A stretch of DNA of 64,000 nucleotides from Methanobacteriota archaeon. Its GTDB lineage: Archaea > Thermoplasmatota > Thermoplasmata > SG8-5 > JAGLSY01. The notes under the pieces were generated by a model. That model had not been told where the DNA came from. It ran no database searches and saw nothing but the letters and a program-made list of their open reading frames with translations. The stretch is from the NCBI GenBank assembly GCA_020697715.1, contig JAEHCO010000003.1, positions 32,001-96,000 of the forward strand, read 5' to 3'. Shown here piece by piece: positions 56,475-64,000 of the stretch (position 1 is its first letter; every line of letters starts with the position of its first letter). The translations under genes and the position numbers were made by a program.

Positions 56475-57620
56475 TTAGCTCAATATCTGCCTGGCAATGA
56501 CCAGTCTCTGCACTTGACTGGTGCCTTCTCCTATTTCCATGAGCTTTGTGTCCCTGAGCATTCTTTCGACAGGATAATCCTTCGTGTACCCATATCCGCC
56601 ATGGATCTGGATCGCATTTAGACAAACCTGTGTGGACATCTCCGATGCATAAAGTTTCGCTATCGAAGCTTCTTTGCTGAATCTGATCCCGTTATCTTCC
56701 ATCCATGCAGCCCTATAGACCAACCATCTTGAGGCCTCGATCTTTGTGGCCATATCTGCCAGCATCCACTGGATAGCCTGAAGTTTGGCTATAGGTCTGC
56801 CAAACTGTTCCCTTTCTTTCGAGTAGCGAACGGACTCATCAAGTGCACCCTGGGCTAATCCCACGGCCAGCGCTCCAACAGCGGCTCTGCCCCTGTCGAG
56901 GATGTTCATTGCTCCTGTGAATCCTGTGCCTGGCTCACCGAGGATATTACCTTTTGGAATTCTGCAATCTTCAAAGACCAATTCAGATGTGTGTGAACCT
57001 CTTAATCCGAGTTTGTCCTCTTCTGTTCCAAGCTCGTAGCCAGGAGTTCCTGTGGGTACGACAAAGGCGCTTATTCCTCTGGGGCCCTTTGACCTGTCGG
57101 TTATGGCCATGACCGTGACATAATCTGCAATTGTTGCATTTGTGATGAAGACCTTTGTTCCATTCAGCACCCATTCATCTCCATCCAGAACTGCAACGGT
57201 TTGAAGGCCACCTGCATCGGAACCCGCGCTGGGTTCTGTCAGTGCCCAGGCAGCGAATTTCTTTCCTGCAGCGAGATCAGGTATCCAATTTTTCCTCTGT
57301 TCCTCGCTCCCTCTCTCGTATATGTGTCCAACACCCAATGAATTGTGTGCCTCGGTGACAATGCCTGTGGAACCGCATACCCTGGCGATCTCTTCAAGGG
57401 CTATCATGTAGCTGATCTTATCGCAGCCAGCACCACCATATTCTTTTGGTACTGTCAATCCCATGAGATTCATCTCCCCCATTCTGGCCAGTATCTCTTT
57501 GGGGATATCGCCCTTCTTGTCTATATCTCCAGCTATGGGTTTGATCTCTTTCTCCGCGAATTCGCGAACCGTGTTTCTCAGCATTTCATGCTCTTTCGTG
57601 TAATTGAAGTCCATGTACAC
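56475..57620 (-). CDS. acyl-CoA dehydrogenase (butyryl-CoA DH-like)
   Basis: WALTEPSAGSDA, LNGTK.FITN, KLGLRGS, R.QFGRPI, QIHGGYG and IGEGTSQVQR motifs. Confidence 0.95.
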   Translation of the reverse strand: MYMDFNYTKEHEMLRNTVREFAEKEIKPIAGDIDKKGDIPKEILARMGEMNLMGLTVPKEYGGAGCDKISYMIALEEIARVCGSTGIVTEAHNSLGVGHIYERGSEEQRKNWIPDLAAGKKFAAWALTEPSAGSDAGGLQTVAVLDGDEWVLNGTKVFITNATIADYVTVMAITDRSKGPRGISAFVVPTGTPGYELGTEEDKLGLRGSHTSELVFEDCRIPKGNILGEPGTGFTGAMNILDRGRAAVGALAVGLAQGALDESVRYSKEREQFGRPIAKLQAIQWMLADMATKIEASRWLVYRAAWMEDNGIRFSKEASIAKLYASEMSTQVCLNAIQIHGGYGYTKDYPVERMLRDTKLMEIGEGTSQVQRLVIARQILS

Positions 57621-57644
57621 TCACTTCCCTTTGAAGTCTGGTGA

Positions 57645-57726
57645 AGGCCTCGATCTAATCCATCATCTTATCATGATGCTGGAATCCAAGCCATTAGCTT
57701 CGGGTCTATCACCCGAATCCAGGCCT
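57645..57726. other. predicted multi-branch structure in the acyl-CoA dehydrogenase 5' region
   Basis: Outer AGGCCT.GAT/ATC.AGGCCT enclosing TCCA.CATC/GATG.TGGA, AAGC/GCTT and CGGGT/ACCCG. Confidence 0.45.
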
Positions 57727-57826
57727 GTATCACAGGAGGTATTGATAAGCCTTTTTGCTGTCTTTGAATTAAAATAAACATAATATTGGGCTTGGAGCCC
57801 CTTCATTCATCGAGCAATAAAGATCT

Positions 57827-57867
57827 AAAAAGGAAATGGGAAGCCAAGCCTTTGAATGGCTTGGCTT
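57827..57867 (-). terminator. hairpin plus T-tract terminator of the 57926..62716 gene
   Basis: AAGCCAAGCC-7-GGCTTGGCTT followed on the minus strand by CCCATTTCCTTTTT. Confidence 0.7.
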
Positions 57868-57925
57868 ATTTGTGCCCAATATACTGTCATTATGTCAATA
57901 TACTGGGTCTCTATCGATGCCAGGA

Positions 57926-60900
57926 TCACTCCGTTATGAATTCGGAAGGATCTACTTCGCCAGGTGGTGGTGGCGGAGGTGGAGGTGTCTGATCATCCAC
58001 GGGTGCCACGGGTTCTTCTGCCGGAACATCATTCATCGGCTCTACTGGCTCTTGAGGTGGCGGAGCCTGTTCCTGGAACTGTCCTTCTTCGAATGGTGGT
58101 GTGCCTTCTTCCGGTGCATTCCACTCCTCACCCTCTGGTGCAGGTGGCATATCTTCCGGCTTGTCCTTCTTGTTCTTTAGCATGAAGAATAAGACGATGG
58201 CAACGATCACTATGACCAGAAGCAGTATGATAGGTAGCCAGTTCATTGGTTCATCTGGATTATCATCTGGATCACTCGAGCTTGTGCCTGCTTCGAATTC
58301 ATCGAGGTTGGATATTCCATCTCCGTCTGCATCTCCATCTGCATCGTCTACATTTGGATCCAGATCATTCTCGAACTCGTATATGTTTGGCATACCGTCC
58401 CCATCTGCATCATCATCTGCATCATCTACAGCTGGATCCAGCTCATTCTCGAACTCATAGATGTTCGGCATACCATCTCCATCCAGATCACTATCAGAAT
58501 CATCCACATCTGGATCGAGTCCATTATCTATCTCGTATTGGTCTGGCATACCATCTCCATCCCCGTCATAGTCCCCGAGGGTGGCATTGAAGCTCCATGA
58601 ATAGGCTGAACGCATACTGACCCCATCAGAATTTTCCGCACTGGCTCTTACTATCACATCATAAACTCCATTGCCAAGCGCATCATCTGGTGTGAAGGTT
58701 AGAATGGTGTGATCACCATTCCATGAGAAATTACCCAATACTGTAGAGTTCCCGATGGACATCTCGAAGGCATTCTCCGTGGTATTGGCATCCATAGGCA
58801 TATCGAATGTCACTGTGGCCAGTGTGGTAACTGGCACATCCACACCACTTGGTGTATGTCCTATCACTTCAGGATAGTCATTCACTGTCACCATCAAGGT
58901 ATAGGACACATTGTTCTGAGTTCCGTAGATGTCCTCATCTACAAGGTATATGGTCACATTTTCAGATCCTATTCCTTTTGGATAATTGAATCTGATGGAA
59001 TGGTTCGTCAAGGTCGCATAGCCAGAATTCGTGTATATGGTCAACTGGCCTGTCACTGTCTCTTCATCAACAGGATGTGGAGTGTATACGAAGTCCATGT
59101 CAGCATCGCAAGTTATATTGTCCACGAAATTCGTGAACTCTGGAGCATCATTGATCGGTGTGATGGTCACACTCAGGGTCACAGTATCCGTGGCACCAGC
59201 CATATCTGTAACGGTTATGATGACATCCTCGCTCACTATACCTTCTGTGTAAAGGAACGTTATATTGGTCTCATCCACAGTAGCATAGTCTGAATCTTCA
59301 GATATGGTCAGGTCTTCCAATGCATCATCTATATCAGATATGTAGCTGATAACATTGACTATTACTTCAATATCTTCTATACAATCGAGCGTGATAGGTC
59401 CAGTGATGATAGGTGGATCATTGACCGCGTTTATTGTCACCGGAATTGTTTGGGTGTCAAATATGCCATCTGAGTCTCTTGTCAGGGTCAGACCGATCGA
59501 GCCTACACCATTCATTTCAGCGACTGGCGTGATGATTAGATTCTCGCCGGATATAACAGTTGTGAAAAGGCTGGGGTCGGAACCTATAGCGGACCATGTC
59601 ATCTTCTCGGTGAAGATGATCTGGGTATTGTAGTATCTTGAATCCGTTGTACCTGTTGAAGATCCAGATGTAAAGGTGTATACCCAATTAGTTCCTATGT
59701 CTGGCCCTCTACTTATGAATGCATCGGCCCCATATGCGGTTCCATTCCATTCTACCTGAACAAGTAAATTATCAGTTCCATTGTAATAAAAGGTATCATC
59801 AAGATCAAATTGGATCCATCCAGAGCTTGCATCAAAAGTGTAGTTCAAATTATAATAGACATCTGTCAAAGAGCCAATATAATTATCATCATATGTGCCT
59901 GTTAGTGCATCTAGATCTGTGTGAGCCAGACTTATGGTGACATTCGGGAAGCTTGGGTCCTCTGTATTGGTCTTGTAGAATCCGATCTTGTCTATGGTTC
60001 CCTTTTGATCGTCCAACTCAGATGCTTTGTAGAGCATCTGGAATTTTGTATAGGTCTGGCCAGTATCCCAGAGCAAGCCATTGTTTGTTGTTCCACTGTC
60101 TTTTATGGCATTACCTATCTTTTCAGTAGTGAATTTAAAGACTGGTGAATTAGCTTGTATGGTTCCGGTTCCAGCTCCTGCGGTATTATATAGTAATCCT
60201 CCTGGAATACCGTTAGTGGTGTCAATATAGATATTAGTGCCATTATCACCATTCCACACAATATCAATAAGTAGATTATGACTGGAATCGTAAGTGAAAT
60301 TGTCATTTAGATCCAACTCGAACCATGAATCGCCTCCGGGGAAATCAACAGTGATATTCTGGGTTGGGAAAACCTCTATCAAATAACCATTGTAATTATT
60401 GGCAAACGTGGCTGTTAATGCATCTAGACTTGTGTGAGCCATCTTAACCTGGAAATTATCATAAGTTCCGGTATCTGTGATATCCCAGCTATTATTGAAT
60501 GCGATTGTCTTGATAATTCCCTCTGCACCTACCTGTTCCGGTGTATAGACGAATTGCGAACGCATTTGGTTCGTTGCTCCTCCTAAGAATGGAACTCCAT
60601 TTGCAACTAGATTTAGTCCAGATTCATGAACCATCATATCATTGTCCCTATGGGTCAGATCTATTGTTCTGGCTGGGTCATCCTCTTGGAAAACCTGAGC
60701 AGGAACTGGTGGCTCTATCTTTGGATTTTCAATTATGGTGACTGGAATATTCTGGGTGACCATGCCGCCATTATTGGTGTTTGTCAAATTCAGGTATGCT
60801 ATACCCTCACCGCTCATATCGGCAACTGGCGTGATGATCAGATCCTTTCCATCTGCTGAAATATTTGCATCAAAAAGGTCCGGATCTGAGCTGTACGCGG

Positions 60901-62716
60901 TCCATGTGAGATCGTCACTTTCACTGAATATGAGTTGGATATCATAATATCTTGAATTTGTAGAGCCAGTTAGTGAATTTAATACATCTGTCTCTATCCA
61001 GTTAGTTCCTGTCCCCATCCCTCGTTCTATCAAGGCATCTGCTCCGGTTGCAGTCCCTCTCCACTCGACCTGCACTATTAGATTATGGGTTCCATCGTAT
61101 TCAAAATCATTATCAAGGTCGAATTGGAACCACCCAGTGCTTGCATCAAAAGTATAGCTTGGGTTATTGTAAACCTCCATCAATGTACCAATATAGTTAT
61201 TGCTGAAGGTTGTGGACAAATTGGATGATGTTCTATCCGTATGAGCTAAGCTCACGGTCACATTAGGGAAGGTTGGGGTTGCTGCGTTTGATTTGAAGAA
61301 CCCTATCTTGTCAATTGTACCATTTTTATTGTTTAGGTCTGGGGCTTGGTAAAGCAACATGAATTTATTGTAGGTATTGCCAGTATCCCAGAGTGCGCCA
61401 TTATTTGTTGTTCCATTATCTATGATGGCATTGTTCACTACATCTGTTGTGAAGATAAGGGAGGGTGTATTCGTATTGATTGATGCGGCTGTAGTAGCAC
61501 CAGTTGTAGACCACATTCGACTCCCGCCTGTAGTCACATCGCTAGTGACAGTATCGCCTCCTCGACCATAATACTGAATGTCAACAAGCAGATTGTAGGA
61601 TGAATCATATGTGAATTCATCATTGAGGTCAAAGTGTATCCATGAATCACCATTCGAGGAGTTCATCACTACATTTGCTTCAGAGAATACTTCTATTTGA
61701 TTTCCATTGAAATTATTCGCAAAGGTAGTTGTTAGAACATTAAGATCTGTATGAGCCAGGAGTATTTTGAAATTAGAATAATTACCAACTGCAGAGGCAT
61801 CTGACCTATTGATAGATATCTTACTTATAACTCCTTCAGCACCCACCATATCTGGTGTGAAAAGTGATTGATAATGGAGCTGCGTGGCTGGATTGAAAGG
61901 ATATCCCGATGCGGCATCATTCGATCCCGACTTGTGCTCGACACTTCCATTTCCCAATCCTGCCAGGCTGATAGTCCTTGCTGGATCGTTCTCATTGAAG
62001 ATCTGGTCTGGAACTGGTGGTTCGATCTCCGCGGAGTATGTGAGAGTGAGCTTTGGCCTGAGAGTTATATCTGTCACATAATCACTGGAATAGAATCTTG
62101 CAAATTCCATAACTACATAATTACCAACAAAGACCAATCCGTAATTGGGTATTATATTGTCTTGCCAGTCATTAACAATATCTGTGATATCAAAACTATA
62201 CCAGCAACCTGTTGTATCAACATCCATGTAGACTTCTCTTGTTAGATCATAATCTCCACCTGGTGTGGTCCATAAGTTACCCGCATCTCTATTATTCCAT
62301 GTAACCTCATTTTCTATCCAGGGCTGTGTAGCTGGATACCCTGATATGTTCACACCACCGCCTCCTAAAGCGTAGCAATAAAGATCTAAGGATGCGTAAA
62401 TAATTTCAATTGGTTGTGTTGGCATATCCATTTGCCAAAAATTTCTTACTTCCTGAGATCCGCCAAAAAGCCCTAATTGGAAATTTGTGCTTGCACCATT
62501 ATTTGTATCCACTCCGCCTAGATCACCTATCCAGGCGTCCTTTCCAGCCGTCGCATCCGGCTGAATAACAATAGTATCCACCGAATCATCAACTACTCCG
62601 GCAGCTGGCTCAATGATTATTTGATCGTTCGTGGTCGTGAAAAGGAGCCCCGCAGGGGCAATCATCATCGCGGCCAGTATACATGCAGAGATCTTGACAT
62701 AATTGATTTTATCCAT
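57926..62716 (-). CDS. very large surface protein: DNRLRE-like domain, two tandem ~435-aa modules, cadherin/Ig-like domains, thrombospondin type-3-like repeats, TM anchor, Pro-rich tail
   Basis: W.E.EVTWN...W..PGGD, FDIT.IV.DW, NYG, RPKL (DNRLRE-like); IEPPVP.Q.F.E.DPARTI twice; VNDPP/INDAP; D.DGDGMP..YE repeats. Confidence 0.85.
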   Translation of the reverse strand: MDKINYVKISACILAAMMIAPAGLLFTTTNDQIIIEPAAGVVDDSVDTIVIQPDATAGKDAWIGDLGGVDTNNGASTNFQLGLFGGSQEVRNFWQMDMPTQPIEIIYASLDLYCYALGGGGVNISGYPATQPWIENEVTWNNRDAGNLWTTPGGDYDLTREVYMDVDTTGCWYSFDITDIVNDWQDNIIPNYGLVFVGNYVVMEFARFYSSDYVTDITLRPKLTLTYSAEIEPPVPDQIFNENDPARTISLAGLGNGSVEHKSGSNDAASGYPFNPATQLHYQSLFTPDMVGAEGVISKISINRSDASAVGNYSNFKILLAHTDLNVLTTTFANNFNGNQIEVFSEANVVMNSSNGDSWIHFDLNDEFTYDSSYNLLVDIQYYGRGGDTVTSDVTTGGSRMWSTTGATTAASINTNTPSLIFTTDVVNNAIIDNGTTNNGALWDTGNTYNKFMLLYQAPDLNNKNGTIDKIGFFKSNAATPTFPNVTVSLAHTDRTSSNLSTTFSNNYIGTLMEVYNNPSYTFDASTGWFQFDLDNDFEYDGTHNLIVQVEWRGTATGADALIERGMGTGTNWIETDVLNSLTGSTNSRYYDIQLIFSESDDLTWTAYSSDPDLFDANISADGKDLIITPVADMSGEGIAYLNLTNTNNGGMVTQNIPVTIIENPKIEPPVPAQVFQEDDPARTIDLTHRDNDMMVHESGLNLVANGVPFLGGATNQMRSQFVYTPEQVGAEGIIKTIAFNNSWDITDTGTYDNFQVKMAHTSLDALTATFANNYNGYLIEVFPTQNITVDFPGGDSWFELDLNDNFTYDSSHNLLIDIVWNGDNGTNIYIDTTNGIPGGLLYNTAGAGTGTIQANSPVFKFTTEKIGNAIKDSGTTNNGLLWDTGQTYTKFQMLYKASELDDQKGTIDKIGFYKTNTEDPSFPNVTISLAHTDLDALTGTYDDNYIGSLTDVYYNLNYTFDASSGWIQFDLDDTFYYNGTDNLLVQVEWNGTAYGADAFISRGPDIGTNWVYTFTSGSSTGTTDSRYYNTQIIFTEKMTWSAIGSDPSLFTTVISGENLIITPVAEMNGVGSIGLTLTRDSDGIFDTQTIPVTINAVNDPPIITGPITLDCIEDIEVIVNVISYISDIDDALEDLTISEDSDYATVDETNITFLYTEGIVSEDVIITVTDMAGATDTVTLSVTITPINDAPEFTNFVDNITCDADMDFVYTPHPVDEETVTGQLTIYTNSGYATLTNHSIRFNYPKGIGSENVTIYLVDEDIYGTQNNVSYTLMVTVNDYPEVIGHTPSGVDVPVTTLATVTFDMPMDANTTENAFEMSIGNSTVLGNFSWNGDHTILTFTPDDALGNGVYDVIVRASAENSDGVSMRSAYSWSFNATLGDYDGDGDGMPDQYEIDNGLDPDVDDSDSDLDGDGMPNIYEFENELDPAVDDADDDADGDGMPNIYEFENDLDPNVDDADGDADGDGISNLDEFEAGTSSSDPDDNPDEPMNWLPIILLLVIVIVAIVLFFMLKNKKDKPEDMPPAPEGEEWNAPEEGTPPFEEGQFQEQAPPPQEPVEPMNDVPAEEPVAPVDDQTPPPPPPPPGEVDPSEFITE

Positions 62717-63004
62717 TTGTCTTCCTCCAGTTCATATCTAATTGGAATCTTGAATAGGCATAGTTATTTGTGCAGTTATCCAATTTGGTATTATACTTAT
62801 TATTGCACAGTTATCTAATTATATAAAGTTAACCTTTATTTGTTCTTACTGAGCCAGATTTAAATATCAAATGTAAAATATAATAATATACATCGCTAAA
62901 TTGCCACATATGACATTTGCTAAATTTATAATCATTAACAATAATCCACAATGAGCTCACATTGTGGTTCTATGAATATGGAGATCCCTATGGATACGTG
63001 AATA

Positions 63005-63508
63005 CTAACTTTTCTTCTTTGGCTTGGATGATAATTCTTTTTGAAATGGGCATTCATGATCTTTGGACGGCTTGCACTGTATCCTCTCGCCAGTCTCGAC
63101 ATAATGACGATAATGGGCGAACCAGTGTGATTCTTCCTCCGCTCCCTTGACAAAATCCACGAACTTGGTAAGGCGGTCCATTGTTTCCGGGTTCACGGTA
63201 TGCTCTATCTTGCAGGCATCTTCTTCTGCAATATTCTCGTCTATCCCGAATATGATAAGGAGCTCTCTTAGAGTGTCATGTTTGGCACGAACTGCTTTGG
63301 CGATCGCCTTTCCTTTGTCGGTCAGGGTCACACCACTGTATCTCTCATAATTGACAAAGCCATCATCCGCCAGTTTTTTGAACATCTCTGTAACACTGGG
63401 TGGCCCCACACTCAGTATTTGGGATATGTCTCGCACTTTTGCATATCCCTTTTTTTTCGTCATCGTGTAGATGGCCTCTAAATAATCTTCATTTCTGTCA
63501 GTTGTCAT
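63005..63508 (-). CDS. DtxR/MntR family metal-dependent transcriptional regulator
   Basis: EDYLEAIY, V.PPSVTEM.KKL, LT.KG and AEEDACKIEH motifs; ATG at 63508. Confidence 0.92.
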   Translation of the reverse strand: MTTDRNEDYLEAIYTMTKKKGYAKVRDISQILSVGPPSVTEMFKKLADDGFVNYERYSGVTLTDKGKAIAKAVRAKHDTLRELLIIFGIDENIAEEDACKIEHTVNPETMDRLTKFVDFVKGAEEESHWFAHYRHYVETGERIQCKPSKDHECPFQKELSSKPKKKS

Positions 63509-63556
63509 ATGCTGGCTTCCTGTAATATATCTGGAATTTCTATAATGAGATCCCAT

Positions 63557-63575
63557 AACCGAAACATTTTCGGTT
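63557..63575. promoter_or_regulatory. palindrome between the divergent DtxR-family gene and rnhB (candidate operator)
   Basis: AACCGAAA-CAT-TTTCGGTT. Confidence 0.45.
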
Positions 63576-63634
63576 TTATTTATAATTTCGCTTCATAACG
63601 AAAATGTCATTTACTACGACCCCTATCTCTACTC

Positions 63635-64000
63635 ATGACCCAGGAACCTGATAGAATTTCCTTATCATCCAAGGCCATCATCGGTGTCGATGAGGCTGGC
63701 AGAGGCCCAGTCATCGGACCACTGGTAGTATGTGGTCTGGCAGTGGAAAATGATGATGTTCTGAAGGAGTTGGGAGTGCGGGATTCAAAGAAGGTCGCGC
63801 CCAAGAAGCGAGAAGAACTGGCAACCCGCCTTAGAGAAGTTGCCAGGTATGAATACGCCATAATGGATGCGGCAGATATCGATGTCCTACGCCAGCGATA
63901 CACACTGAATGTGATCGAAGCCAAGCTTTTCGCGAGCGTGGTCGAAAAGCTCGGACCCTGCTCAGTAGTCTATCTGGATGCCGCGGATTCCAATGAAGAG
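63635..64000 (+). CDS. rnhB: ribonuclease HII (5' part, runs off the window)
   Basis: Read from the DNA: MTQEPD...IIGVDEAGRGPVIGPLVVCG...GVRDSKK; not in the ORF track. Confidence 0.93.
   Translation, partial: MTQEPDRISLSSKAIIGVDEAGRGPVIGPLVVCGLAVENDDVLKELGVRDSKKVAPKKREELATRLREVARYEYAIMDAADIDVLRQRYTLNVIEAKLFASVVEKLGPCSVVYLDAADSNEE

Noticed and set aside
62760-62815. AGTTAT repeats and TGTGCA/TGCACA inverted pair upstream of the large surface protein
   Set aside because: Too short in AT-rich DNA to distinguish from chance
1-64000. Pyrrolysine/selenocysteine read-through, frameshifted pseudogenes, inteins, transposases
   Set aside because: Recognised genes appear full length with no in-frame stop, split or insertion that I could detect by eye; no transposase or integrase motifs were seen

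Overview
An archaeal chromosomal segment, most likely from a Thermoplasmatota lineage. This is inferred from PCNA, Cbf5, Pcc1, prefoldin beta, Elp3, DUF106, GGTGA ribosome-binding sites and the gene order; no database was used. Most of it is housekeeping and metabolism (purA, purN, pcn, MTAP, Thi4, carbamate kinase, GTP-PEPCK, cmk, cbf5, acyl-CoA dehydrogenase, rnhB). It also holds an ArsR/ArsP/thioredoxin/CcdA cluster with paired operators, one tRNA-Leu(TAG) and three very large membrane-anchored surface proteins. No transposase, integrase, CRISPR array or rRNA was seen. Two things stand out. (1) Non-coding structured DNA: the tRNA-Leu 3' end is repeated three times with hairpin cassettes between the copies. 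One cassette (20447-20568) recurs 16 kb away upstream of PEPCK (36647-36854) with the same multi-stem architecture, exchanged stem sequences and a compensatory change. Several other intergenic multi-hairpin elements with covarying stems also occur. (2) Eukaryote/Asgard-like signalling genes: a Rab-like small GTPase plus a coiled-coil gene converge on a putative RHH-longin fusion, flanked by an H1-like Lys-rich protein and a 4-Cys microprotein. A roadblock-KaiC/GvpD-like ATPase pair facing an effector-less STAND-TPR protein lies about 8 kb away. All protein calls come from motif recognition by eye.
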